A DNA stretch of 64,000 nt, taken from contig CAWIWP010000004.1 in assembly GCA_963839875.1 (NCBI GenBank), positions 86,664-150,663 of the forward strand, given 5' to 3'. The DNA is from an uncultured Solirubrobacterales bacterium. GTDB taxonomy: Bacteria; Actinomycetota; Thermoleophilia; Solirubrobacterales; 70-9. The notes under the pieces are model-generated. The model was not told the origin of the DNA. It did not search any database and saw nothing but the letters and a program-made list of their open reading frames with translations. Below are positions 51,996 through 60,679 of this stretch, piece by piece (the stretch's first letter is position 1; each line of letters opens with the position of its first letter). A program made the translations under genes and the position numbers.

Positions 51996-52625
51996 TCAGC
52001 TGGGCGGAGGTCCCGGCGCCCGAGCGAGGGCGATCGGTTCGGCCGCCACGGCCCGCAGGACGCTGCGCAGCCCCGGGTCGCCGGACACGTCCGAGTCGAT
52101 CGGGACGACGACGGTGATCGCGTCGCCCTCGCGATCGACGACCTCCACGTCCCCGACTTCGCCGAGCAGCCCCGCCATCCGGTCGTTCTCGGCGAGGAGC
52201 AGCGCGGTGAAGGCGGTCACGCCTTCCTCGGCGGCGCGGCCGCCGAGGATCCGCGTCAGAGCTCCGCCCAGCCCGCGGCCCTGCCAGTCGTCGGCGACTG
52301 TGACCGCGGCCTCGGCCCGGTCCGGCGACTCGGCCTCGCGCACGTAGCGACCCACGCCGACGACCTCCCCCGGGGTCGCCAGGTCGAAGGCGATCATCGC
52401 CTCGTGGTCGCGGTGGTCGACCTCGGTCAGATAGGTCAGCTGGCTCTCGCCGAGCCGCTCCATCGGCGTCAGGAAGCGGCGGTAGCGCGACTCGGGGCTG
52501 AGCCGCTCGAACCCACGGCGCAGGGCGTCGCGGTCCTCGGGGCGGATCTGGCGAACCTGGGCCCACGACCCGTCGCGAAGCTCGACCTCGACGCCGTCAG
52601 CAGGACCTCTGGACGGCTTCGCCAT
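51996..52625 (-). CDS. GNAT-family N-acetyltransferase
   Basis: MAKPSRGPADGVEVELRDGSWAQVRQIRPEDRDALRRGFERLSPESRYRRF...VADDWQGRGLGGALTRIL (acetyl-CoA Q/RxxGxG motif). ATG 52625 chosen within ORF 51996..52772. Confidence 0.8.
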   Translation of the reverse strand: MAKPSRGPADGVEVELRDGSWAQVRQIRPEDRDALRRGFERLSPESRYRRFLTPMERLGESQLTYLTEVDHRDHEAMIAFDLATPGEVVGVGRYVREAESPDRAEAAVTVADDWQGRGLGGALTRILGGRAAEEGVTAFTALLLAENDRMAGLLGEVGDVEVVDREGDAITVVVPIDSDVSGDPGLRSVLRAVAAEPIALARAPGPPPS

Positions 52626-52693
52626 ACACCGAGACGCTAGCGCCGCCAGGCACCCTTCGCGGCTGCTCCGCAGCCGCTCGAAAGAGGGCGGCC

Positions 52694-54391
52694 CTAGGTC
52701 TCTTGGTACAGGGGCCCGTCGCCGCCCTCGGGCAGCGTCAGCCGCCCGCCCTTGGCGGTGATGGCCCCGCACTGGACGCAGTTGGAGGCGGTCACGTTCA
52801 CGTCAACCGTCTCGGCGCCGCTCTCGAGCTGGTCCTCGGGGATCTCGTAGACCTGCGCGGGGCACATCGAGACCCACGTCTGCGCGACCTCGCGCGGCAC
52901 CCTCTCCTGGATCCGCACGTGGTTCGGCGCGTCGTCCCGGGTCGCGTTGCCCGAGAGGAAGACCGACGAGAGCTTGTCGAAGATGTACTCGCCGTCGGGC
53001 GCGGGGTACTTGTCCGCGGCCTTCCCGAGCTCCATCGGGACCTCGCCGTCGGGCTCGACGTCCTTGTGTCCCGGCGGGAGCGCGCCCCCGGAGAGCAGCC
53101 ACGCGTTGGCGATGCCGCCGAACGCCACGAAACCCTTGTCGCCGTACTGGCGGACGTTCCGGGACTTGTAGATGTCGTCCTCGATCTCGGACTTCTTGAC
53201 CTTGCGGTCGTATTCCTCGAAGTTGACCGAGTCCTTCTTCAGCGCCTCGACGATCGCCTCGGCGGCGTACATGCCGGCGTGCATCGCGTAGTGGATGCCC
53301 TTCAGGTAGGGGACGTTGACCATCGAGACGTTGTCCCCGGCCATGACCATGCCCGGCACCGACAGGCGCCGCGGCATCGTCCAGTAGCCGCCCGAGGGGA
53401 TCGTCTTCGCACCCCAGCCGACCCGCTCGCCACCGTCGAGAAGCTTCCTGACGAAGGGGTGGGTCTTCAGCTGCTGGAGCGCGTCGTGGCAGGAGAACGT
53501 CGCGTCGGTGGTGTCGAGGCCCACGACCATCCCGATGCACAGCTTGTCCTCGCCCATCGGGTAGATGAAGCTGCCGCCGAACTCGTTGTACTTGGGCCGC
53601 GCGCGGAGGGGCCAGTTCATGGTGTGGATGACCCGGTCCAGCGGCTTCGGGACCTTCCAGACCTCCTTGACCCCGATCTCCCACCGCCTCGGGTCGCTGC
53701 CGAGGTCGAAGTACTCCTCGGCGCACTGGGTCAGGTGGGCGATCGTCCCCTCGGCGAGGACCGTCGCCTTGGCCATCAGGTCGGACCCGGGCTCGAAGTT
53801 GCCGAGCTCCTTGCCCTCGCGGTCGCGCCCCTTGTCGCCGGAGCGGACCCCGCGAACGATCCTGTCCTCGACCAGCAGCTTGTCCGCGGTCGTCTCGGTG
53901 AGGATGTAGGCGCCGGCCTCCTCGGCCTTGTCGGCGAGGAAGCGCGAGAGCTTCGAAACCGAGGTGACGTAGTTGCCCTCGTTCCGGAAGTTGGGCGGCG
54001 GCGGCTTCAGCGGGATCGCGCGCTTCTTGGTCAGCAGATAGACGGCGTCCTTCTCGACCTTCTGGTACACGGGCCAGTCGCCGGGGTCCAGGTCGGGGAA
54101 GAGCTTCTCCATCGCCGACGGGACCATGTTCGCCCCGGAGACGTTGTGGGCGCCGCAGGCCTTGCCCTTCTCGAGGACCGCGACCGGGATCTCTCCAAGC
54201 TTCTCCGTCAGCTCCGGCTCAGACTCGAGCAGCTGCAGGACGCGGTTCGCGCACGCCAGCCCCGCGGGCCCGCCTCCGACGATCACGATGCCCGCCTCGA
54301 GTCGCTCCTCCGGAGCATCCGTCGGGGGGCCGACGTAGCCCTCGGGATCGAAGGGCGGAGGGAACTCGCTGGGCTTCACCCCGTGCGCCAT
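52694..54391 (-). CDS. Electron-transfer flavoprotein:quinone oxidoreductase (ETF-QO)
   Basis: 565-aa intact ORF. FAD motif IVIVGGGPAGLACA. GGSFIYPMGEDKLCIGMVVGLD. C-terminal 4Fe-4S cluster region CPAQVYE...CVQCGAI. Adjacent to etfAB. Confidence 0.9.
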   Translation of the reverse strand: MAHGVKPSEFPPPFDPEGYVGPPTDAPEERLEAGIVIVGGGPAGLACANRVLQLLESEPELTEKLGEIPVAVLEKGKACGAHNVSGANMVPSAMEKLFPDLDPGDWPVYQKVEKDAVYLLTKKRAIPLKPPPPNFRNEGNYVTSVSKLSRFLADKAEEAGAYILTETTADKLLVEDRIVRGVRSGDKGRDREGKELGNFEPGSDLMAKATVLAEGTIAHLTQCAEEYFDLGSDPRRWEIGVKEVWKVPKPLDRVIHTMNWPLRARPKYNEFGGSFIYPMGEDKLCIGMVVGLDTTDATFSCHDALQQLKTHPFVRKLLDGGERVGWGAKTIPSGGYWTMPRRLSVPGMVMAGDNVSMVNVPYLKGIHYAMHAGMYAAEAIVEALKKDSVNFEEYDRKVKKSEIEDDIYKSRNVRQYGDKGFVAFGGIANAWLLSGGALPPGHKDVEPDGEVPMELGKAADKYPAPDGEYIFDKLSSVFLSGNATRDDAPNHVRIQERVPREVAQTWVSMCPAQVYEIPEDQLESGAETVDVNVTASNCVQCGAITAKGGRLTLPEGGDGPLYQET

Positions 54392-54400
54392 GGCGGGGGC

Positions 54401-55375
54401 TCAGCCGCCCTTCTTGGCCTTGATCGCCTCGGTCAGCTTGGGAACGATCTTGTGCAGGTCGCCGACTACACCCAGGTCGCAGAACTCGAAGATCGGAGCG
54501 TTCTGGTCCTTGTTGATCGCGAGGATGTTCTCGGAGTTCTGCATCCCCACCTTGTGCTGGATCGCCCCCGAGATGCCGGCTGCCAGGTACAGCTTCGGCG
54601 CGACGGTCTTGCCCGTCTGGCCGATCTGGGCCGCGTAGGGGTACCAGCCGGCGTCCACCACGGCGCGGGTGGCCGCGACGGCGCCGCCCATGGCGTTCGC
54701 GAGCTCCTCGGCCATCTCGAAGTTCTCCTTCTGGCCCAGGCCGCGGCCGCCGCCGACCAGGATGTCGGCGTCCTCGATGTTCACGTCGGCGCCGCGCTGC
54801 TCGCCGCGGTTGACGAGCTTCGCCTTGCTCGACCACTCCGAGAGCTCGACGGTGACGTCCTCGACCTCGGCCGTGCCGTCGCCCTCGTTCTCGTCGAACG
54901 CGTTGAGGCGGCCGATGATGATCCCCGGCTCCTCGACGTAGCCGACGTCGGCGATCTGCGAGTCCTGGAGGATCGGGCGCTCGACCACGAGCTTGCCGTC
55001 CTCGACGCGGACCGCGGTGACCTCCATCGTCACGCCGGCGTTCAGGCGGGCCGTCAGGCCGGCTCCGATCTCGAAGCCGAGCAGCCCGCCGCCGAACAGC
55101 GCGTAGGAGATGTCGTTGTCGGTCATCACCTTCGCCATCACGTCGACGATCGGCTGCGCCAGGCCCTCGGGAACGTCCTTCGCGCGGTAGACCTTCACCA
55201 CCCCGTGTTTCCCTAGGGCGGCAGCGGCGTCGTCGGCGATGTCGCCCACGATCACGGCCGATGCCTCGGTGCCCAGCTCTCCGGCGAGCTTGCTCGCCTC
55301 GGAGATTGCGCCGAGGGAGTTCTTGTTGAACTCGCCCTCGTCGTCGTGCAGTGCGTAGACCAGGATCCCCGCCAT
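54401..55375 (-). CDS. etfA: Electron transfer flavoprotein alpha subunit
   Basis: 324-aa ORF. VGGGRGLG...GGAVAATRAVVDAGW...QIGQTGKTVAPKLYLAAGISGAIQH. Confidence 0.95.
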   Translation of the reverse strand: MAGILVYALHDDEGEFNKNSLGAISEASKLAGELGTEASAVIVGDIADDAAAALGKHGVVKVYRAKDVPEGLAQPIVDVMAKVMTDNDISYALFGGGLLGFEIGAGLTARLNAGVTMEVTAVRVEDGKLVVERPILQDSQIADVGYVEEPGIIIGRLNAFDENEGDGTAEVEDVTVELSEWSSKAKLVNRGEQRGADVNIEDADILVGGGRGLGQKENFEMAEELANAMGGAVAATRAVVDAGWYPYAAQIGQTGKTVAPKLYLAAGISGAIQHKVGMQNSENILAINKDQNAPIFEFCDLGVVGDLHKIVPKLTEAIKAKKGG

Positions 55376-56164
55376 CTAGATCAGCTTCCTTTCGTCGAGC
55401 CAGGCGACGATCTTCTCGACCGTCTCGGCAGTGTCCTCGTCCTCGATGATCTCGCCGGACTCCTTCTGCGGAGGCGGCTTCAGCTCCAGCACGGTGGTGC
55501 GGGACCCCGACTCGCCGACCCGGTCGGCCTCGATGTCGACGTCGCCGTTGGCGTGCGTGTCGAGCGGCTTCTTCTTCGCGCCCATGATCGCCTTCAGGCT
55601 CGGGTAGCGCGGCTCGTTGATCGCGTCACCGACGCTGATCACGGCCGGGAGCTCGATCTCGACGGTGTCGTATCCGTACTCAGCCTGGCGCTCGCAGGTG
55701 ACCTTGCCCTCTGCGGCGTCCATCTTGATCACCTGGGTCAGGGACGGCATCTTCAGGTGGTCGGCCACGACTGCGCCGATCGTGTAGCACTCGCCGTCGT
55801 CCGACTGCTGGCCCAGCAGGACCAGGTCGGGGCTCTCCTTCTCCAGCACCTTCGCCAGTGCGTAGCCCGTGGCCGCGACGTCGGAGCCCTCGAGGGCGGC
55901 GTCGGACAGGTGCACCGAGCGGTCGGCGCCCAGGGCGACGGCCTTGTGCAGTGCGCGCACGGCGCTGTCGGGGCCCATCGTGACGGCGACGATCTCCTCG
56001 ACGTCGGCGCCACCCTCCTTCACCTGCATGGCCGCCTCGATGGCGTGCGTGTCGAAGGGGTTCAGGTTCTTCTCGCCCGAGCGGTCCAGGCGCTTGGTCT
56101 CCGGGTCGATCCGCTTGTTGACGGCGGCGTCCGGGACCTCTTTGACGAGTACGCAGATCTTCAA
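55376..56164 (-). CDS. etfB: Electron transfer flavoprotein beta subunit
   Basis: 262-aa ORF. MKICVLVKEVPD...NPFDTHAIEAA...VLLGQQSDDGECYTIGAVVADHL...RYPSLKAIMGAKKK. Confidence 0.95.
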   Translation of the reverse strand: MKICVLVKEVPDAAVNKRIDPETKRLDRSGEKNLNPFDTHAIEAAMQVKEGGADVEEIVAVTMGPDSAVRALHKAVALGADRSVHLSDAALEGSDVAATGYALAKVLEKESPDLVLLGQQSDDGECYTIGAVVADHLKMPSLTQVIKMDAAEGKVTCERQAEYGYDTVEIELPAVISVGDAINEPRYPSLKAIMGAKKKPLDTHANGDVDIEADRVGESGSRTTVLELKPPPQKESGEIIEDEDTAETVEKIVAWLDERKLI

Positions 56165-56244
56165 GGCTCAGCTCCTACGTTTCAGGTGCGGGGTTGGGGA
56201 AAGCGGCGCGGGATGATACAGTAGTGGCTTGGCTGACTGACCAG

Positions 56245-56718
56245 TCAATCGGCGTTCGCGATCGCGCCGTCGGGTCCGGCACGGGCTAGGGGTTCAGCTC
56301 GCGCTCCAGGCCGTTCCTGCCCCTTCTCGCAGAGGCGGTTGAAGATGATCGCCATGATCGGCGTCGTCAGCTTCACCAGTCCCTTCAGGTCCATGCGGGC
56401 GTCGTACTTGAGGACGCTTCCCTCGCCGTCCGCGGTGGTGGTCATCGTGTCGACCAGCTTCACGGAGTCGGTCTCGGCCTCGACGACGACGCGCGTCGGG
56501 CGCTCGTACTCGGTGATGCGGTAGGTGAAGGGCGACACGTTGCCGTTGAACTCGACCATCAGCTCGAACTGCGCGCCCACGCCGATCTTGCCGCTGTCCA
56601 GCTGCTTCGAAGACTTGGTCCCCGGGTCCCACTTCTCGGCGTTGGTGAAGTCGGCCATGTAGTCGAAGACCTCCTCCTGGGAGAGCTTCGATGGGACGTC
56701 GTCGTTGTAGTGCGGCAT
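56245..56718 (-). CDS. SRPBCC-superfamily (START/polyketide-cyclase-like) protein; C-terminus uncertain
   Basis: 157-aa ORF. SQEEVFDYMADFTNAEKWDPG. After ...IFNRLCEKG a neighbouring frame reads RNGLERELNP with a stop at 56286-56288. This looks more native than the listed tail and suggests a 1-nt error at the GGGG run. Confidence 0.6.
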   Translation of the reverse strand: MPHYNDDVPSKLSQEEVFDYMADFTNAEKWDPGTKSSKQLDSGKIGVGAQFELMVEFNGNVSPFTYRITEYERPTRVVVEAETDSVKLVDTMTTTADGEGSVLKYDARMDLKGLVKLTTPIMAIIFNRLCEKGQERPGARAEPLARAGPDGAIANAD

Positions 56719-56761
56719 TGGCGCTGTCCTTCCCGTTTGATTTCGATGTTCAATCTAGGTC

Positions 56762-58195
56762 GTGAGCGAGCCGCGCTTCTCAAGGCGCACGTTCGTAGGG
56801 GCCACGACGGCGGCCGGGATCGCGTTGGCGCTCCCCCATTCCTCCTGCGGCGGCGGCTCCGGCTCGGGTGCCGGGCGGAGCGTCGTCGTGATCGGAGCCG
56901 GGCTCGCCGGACTCGCAGCGGCGGACGAGCTGTCGAGGGAGGGCTTCGACGTCACGGTCATCGAGGCGCGCGACCGCATCGGGGGCAGGGTGCGCACGCT
57001 GCGCGAGCCTTTCCGCGGCGGTCAGTTCGCCGAGGCGGGAGGCGAGTACCTCGATGCGGTGCACACCGAGATGCTGGCTCTTGTGGACCGCTTCGGTCTC
57101 GACCTCGACGACTTGAACGAGGTCGGGAGCGACAAGCCCGGTGTCGCCTACGCCGGCGGACGGCGATACGACGCCGCCGACCTCGACGCCGAGGCCGAGG
57201 GGGCGATAGACGCGTTCTACGCGGAGACCGCCTCGCTGGCGGAGGACCTCGACCCCGGCGACATCGAGGGCACCGGCGCCGAGCTGGACACCGCCTCCGC
57301 GGGCGAGCTGATCGACGAGATCGAGCCGAGCGAGGACGCTCGCTTCGTGCTCGAGCACCAGCTCCGCGACGCCTACGCGATGGACCCGGCCCGCCTGTCC
57401 CTGCTCTTCGTCGTCCTCTCCGAGCTCGCCTACGCCGAGGCCGACGCCGAGGGGATCGAGGCCCTCAGGGTGAAGGGCGGCAACGACCAGATCCCCGAAG
57501 CGCTCGCAGCCGAGCTGGACGGGGAGGTGTCACTCTCGTCGCCCGTCAGCGCGATCAGCCAGGACGGTGACGGGGTTCAGGTCAGATCGGCCGGCGGCGA
57601 CGTCGCGGCCGATCATGCGGTGATCACCGTCCCGCTCAGCACGCTGTCAGCGATCGACCTCTCTCCCGCGCTCGACCCCGGCGACCGCGGCGCGGCGGAG
57701 GCGATCCAGTACGGCGCCGCGACCAAGTCGATCCTTCAGTACCGGGGGCGCCCCTGGATCGACGTGGGCTCCAACGGGGAATCGTTCACGGACCTGCCTG
57801 CCGGCGATACGTGGGAGGCGACCGACGCCCAGAACGGTGGCGACGGGATCCTCATCGCCTTCTCGGCCGGCGGGCTCGCGCTCAGGGGCGCCGGGCTCGA
57901 GCCGGGCGTGCGGATCGAGCAGGCGGTCGCCGACATGGACAGAGTCTTCCCCGGCTCCGAGGCCAGGTACCTGACCGGGGCGAGCGTCGCCTGGTCGGCC
58001 GAGCCCTTCTCCCGCGGGAGCTACGTGGCGCCTGCCCCGGGGCAGGCGATGGCGCTCGCGACCGAGACCTGGGAGCCGTTCGGGCGCATCCACTTCGCCG
58101 GGGACCACACCGACAGGCAGTTCCCGGGATACATGGAGGGCGCAGTCCGAAGCGGCCGGCGCGCTGCCACGCAGATCGCGGAGCGCCAGTCCTAG
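56762..58195 (+). CDS. Flavin-containing amine oxidase family protein with twin-arginine signal
   Basis: 477-aa ORF. Tat motif FSRRTFVG. FAD motif VVVIGAGLAGLAAADEL...VIEARDRIGGR. C-terminal IHFAGDHT...GYMEGAVRSG. Confidence 0.85.
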   Translation: MSEPRFSRRTFVGATTAAGIALALPHSSCGGGSGSGAGRSVVVIGAGLAGLAAADELSREGFDVTVIEARDRIGGRVRTLREPFRGGQFAEAGGEYLDAVHTEMLALVDRFGLDLDDLNEVGSDKPGVAYAGGRRYDAADLDAEAEGAIDAFYAETASLAEDLDPGDIEGTGAELDTASAGELIDEIEPSEDARFVLEHQLRDAYAMDPARLSLLFVVLSELAYAEADAEGIEALRVKGGNDQIPEALAAELDGEVSLSSPVSAISQDGDGVQVRSAGGDVAADHAVITVPLSTLSAIDLSPALDPGDRGAAEAIQYGAATKSILQYRGRPWIDVGSNGESFTDLPAGDTWEATDAQNGGDGILIAFSAGGLALRGAGLEPGVRIEQAVADMDRVFPGSEARYLTGASVAWSAEPFSRGSYVAPAPGQAMALATETWEPFGRIHFAGDHTDRQFPGYMEGAVRSGRRAATQIAERQS

Positions 58196-58205
58196 GTGCA
58201 GGGTC

Positions 58206-58890
58206 CTAGAGGAACCCGGCCTCGCTGAACTGCGGGACGCCGCCCTGCCAGATCGCCCACGCCGCGACCAGCACTGCGCCCATCGCGAACGATGCCCAGG
58301 AGGCGGTCAGCAGCGGGCGCTCGGCCGCGATGGCGGTGAATCCCCGGCCCCTGCTCGCCCGTACCAGCCACACGGAGAACGCAGCGGTCGTCGCGAGCTC
58401 GATCGGCCACGTCCCGCCCTCGACCGTCCCGGTGAAGAACGCCCAGCCGAGCAACAGCGCGGTGGCGGCGATGAGCCTCCAGCGGCTCTCGTCCCGGTCC
58501 GGCGCACCCGGGTTTTCCCCCTCCGCCCAGCAGAAGCACGCGACGAGCCCGAACCAGCCGGTTACGGCGACGATGTGGGAGAAGGTCTCGTCCCAGAAGT
58601 GGACGAGGTCCTCGACCTCGGGGCCCGGGGCCCTCGTTCGCGATCGAGTTCGCCGAGAGGTGGATCCCGTGTCCCTCGACGTAGAGGATCGCGGCGACCC
58701 CTGCGGCGAACATGATCCGCCCCCTCGCCTCGAGCGCCACCAGGGTCGCCGCCGCCGTCCCGATCAGGGCGAACGGGGTGATCAGGTCGATCGCGTCTCC
58801 GGCGGGCTCGCCGGCGAGGGCCGGAAGCTGGTGGAAGACGAAGCTCGCGCCGGCGAACGCCAGCAGGCAGACGGCAGGGCGGGACAGTGC
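58206..58890 (-). pseudogene. Hydrophobic membrane protein of unknown function; one frameshift at the G4 run 58620-58623; start not identifiable
   Basis: ...[27 protein letters not shown]...VALEARGRIMFAAGVAAILYVEGHGIHLSANSIANEGPGP joins EVEDLVHFWDETFSHIVAVTGWFGLVACFCWAEG...LLGWAFFTGTVEGGTWPIELATTAAFSVWL...WAIWQGGVPQFSEAGFL. No ATG/GTG/TTG exists in the 5' frame upstream of 58740. Confidence 0.45.
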
Positions 58891-58903
58891 CGCGGGGATC
58901 GGG

Positions 58904-59334
58904 CTAGGCCCGCGCGGCGCCGCGGACGAAGTCGACGATCTCGTCCGTCGGGGCGCCCGGGGTGAAGACCTGGGCGACGCCCAGCTCCTTCAGCTCGGGG
59001 ATGTCGTCGGCGGGGATGGTCCCCCCCACCGTGACGATCACGTCGTCGGCGCCCTGCTCGCGGAGGAGCTCCGACCACTCGGGGCACCAGCGTCATGTGC
59101 GCGCCCGAGAGGATCGAGAGGCCGACGGCGTCGGCGTCCTCCTGGATCACGGTCTCGGCGATCTGCTCGGGCGTCTGGTGCAGGCCCGTGTAGATGACCT
59201 CCATCCCGGCGTCACGCAGGGCGCGCGCGATGATCTTCGCGCCGCGGTCGTGCCCGTCGAGGCCGGGCTTGGCGACGACGATGCGGATCTTCCGCTGGGA
59301 GGTTTCGGGAGCGGTCTCGGGCATGGTTCGGGAT
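58904..59334 (-). pseudogene. Methylmalonyl-CoA mutase family, cobalamin-binding small subunit; one frameshift at the G4 run 59081-59084
   Basis: [81 protein letters not shown] (DxHxxG B12 motif). Corrected frame continues [58 protein letters not shown], stop 58904-58906. Confidence 0.88.
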
Positions 59335-59441
59335 GGAACGCGCTTAACGGTAGTCGAACAGGTGGTTTCTACGGATGCGCGAAGATCTGGAATTGGAGCA
59401 GACTGTGCAGCCCATAGGGGATCCGAACAGGAGGCGACGCG

Positions 59442-59648
59442 ATGTACGACGTGCTCTACATGGCTTACAGGGATGGCGCCGAGCACCGCTCGGTGGTCGG
59501 GAGCGGCCTCGACCGCGACGCGGCCTGCGAGCTCGCTCGCTCCGAGGCGCGCAAGCGGAACGCGGGCCGCATGTTCCTCGCCGGCTCCGAGCCGGGACCG
59601 GTCGGCGACGTGGTCCTGATCGTCGAGTCGGAGACCGCCGCGGCCTGA
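59442..59648 (+). CDS. Small hypothetical protein (68 aa)
   Basis: ATG preceded by AGGAGG at an 8-nt spacing. High GC3 throughout. No recognisable motif: [68 protein letters not shown]. Confidence 0.55.
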   Translation: MYDVLYMAYRDGAEHRSVVGSGLDRDAACELARSEARKRNAGRMFLAGSEPGPVGDVVLIVESETAAA

Positions 59649-59736
59649 CGAAACCTTATGCGGCCCGAGCCGCAACTCCCCTCCCCGGTGATGGGTTCCC
59701 GAATAGAACCCATCAACGACCCAGGGAGGGTTAACG

Positions 59737-60220
59737 ATGAATTCCATACGCAAGCGCATGAGGGCGCACGGCCCGGGCGCGGTGATCGGCGTGATCGCGC
59801 TGGTCGCGGCCTCGCGGGAACAGCCGTGGCGGCCTCGAACCTGAAGCTCGCCGATTTCGAGGACTCGAGCAGGGACCGCCTGGCGGGCACAGGAGTGATC
59901 CAGTACGCCGCGGCGGCCCTGACGACGCCGGCGTACGTGCTGACTCGTTCAACACCGTGCATACCTTCACGGTGAAGTGCGAGCTGAGCAAGAAGGCGAC
60001 GTCCGGCGGGTTCAAGTGGACCGGCCAGACGCCCAACGAGGGCGACTACCAGCTGCTCGACGCCTACCCGAACGGCGGCGGCTTCGTCGTTCGCCTACAG
60101 CTCAGGCCTGACGATCCGGCGACGCCTGCCGTCAACGAGGGAACCGCGCTCAACAAGCCGCTCGCGGTCTACTCGAACTGCGTCAAGTCGCGACTGCAGC
60201 GCGGCGCACCACCCACCTAG
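59737..60220 (+). pseudogene. Hypothetical secreted protein (~160 aa), 2 frameshifts (near 59810 and 59942)
   Basis: GGGAGGG SD, then [25 protein letters not shown] / [43 protein letters not shown] / [58 protein letters not shown]...[14 protein letters not shown]. Assembled from three frames (ORFs 59658..59975 and 59957..60220). Confidence 0.5.
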
Positions 60221-60245
60221 CCACGCGAAACGTGTGTGAGCGCGC

Positions 60246-60275
60246 GGGGCCGGCGAGAGTCGGCCCCGTTTCGTT
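60246..60275. terminator. Candidate intrinsic terminator between convergent genes: GGGGCCG-gcgagagt-CGGCCCC followed by GTTTCGTT
   Basis: 7-bp perfect GC stem (60246-60252 / 60261-60267), 8-nt loop, T-rich tail on the plus strand. Lies 26 nt after the stop at 60220 and 11 nt from the minus-strand stop at 60286. Confidence 0.5.
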
Positions 60276-60285
60276 CCGGCAGCCT

Positions 60286-60679
60286 CTAGCCGGCCTTGAC
60301 CGCCGCGAGCGCACTCTCGCGGTCGCGGGTGTTCTCCCAGCGCACGACCTTGCCGTCGGAGAAGGTCCAGGCCTGGAAGTAGCGGAACTCGGTCGGCGGT
60401 GCCGCTGCCCGACCCGGTGCCGGCCTGCAGGACCGCGACGATGACTCCGGGTCGCCCACCGACCTCGATCTCCTCCGCGGCGATCGTGAGCCGGTCCCAC
60501 GGCTCGAGGAAGAGGCGCGTGTAGCGGAGGATGCCCTCGAGGCCCTCGTAGTGCCCTGAATCCGGGAAGTCCGGCCCGATCACGAAGTCCACGTCGGGGT
60601 GCCACAGGTCGGCGCCGGCGCTGAAGTCCCCGACGCCCCAGGCGTCGTAGATCGCCTGGATCTTCTCGAGGTCGCTCAG
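60286..60679 (-). pseudogene. NTF2/SnoaL-like small protein, one frameshift near 60400, probable CTG start
   Basis: [93 protein letters not shown] joins [40 protein letters not shown] 60677-60679 overlaps the mutase stop (CTGA). No other start codon lies near the conserved N-terminus. Confidence 0.55.

Noticed and set aside
52703-55216. Very long ORFs antisense to well-supported genes. Examples: 52703..55216 (837 aa), 41459..44617 (1052 aa), 34328..36292 (654 aa), 31689..33395 (568 aa), 8744..10729 (661 aa) and 46634..48217 (527 aa).
   Set aside because: They are Arg/Gly/Ala/Pro/Leu/Val-rich low-complexity translations. They lie opposite genes with unmistakable motifs (ETF-QO/etfA, glyA, atpA, atpD, prfB, prfA). 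These are stop-poor shadow frames typical of GC-rich DNA.
59335-59441. Cobalamin riboswitch upstream of the B12-binding mutase subunit.
   Set aside because: The region is only ~107 nt and is shared with the divergent small-ORF promoter. It is too short for an AdoCbl aptamer plus expression platform, and I saw no B12-box-like motif.
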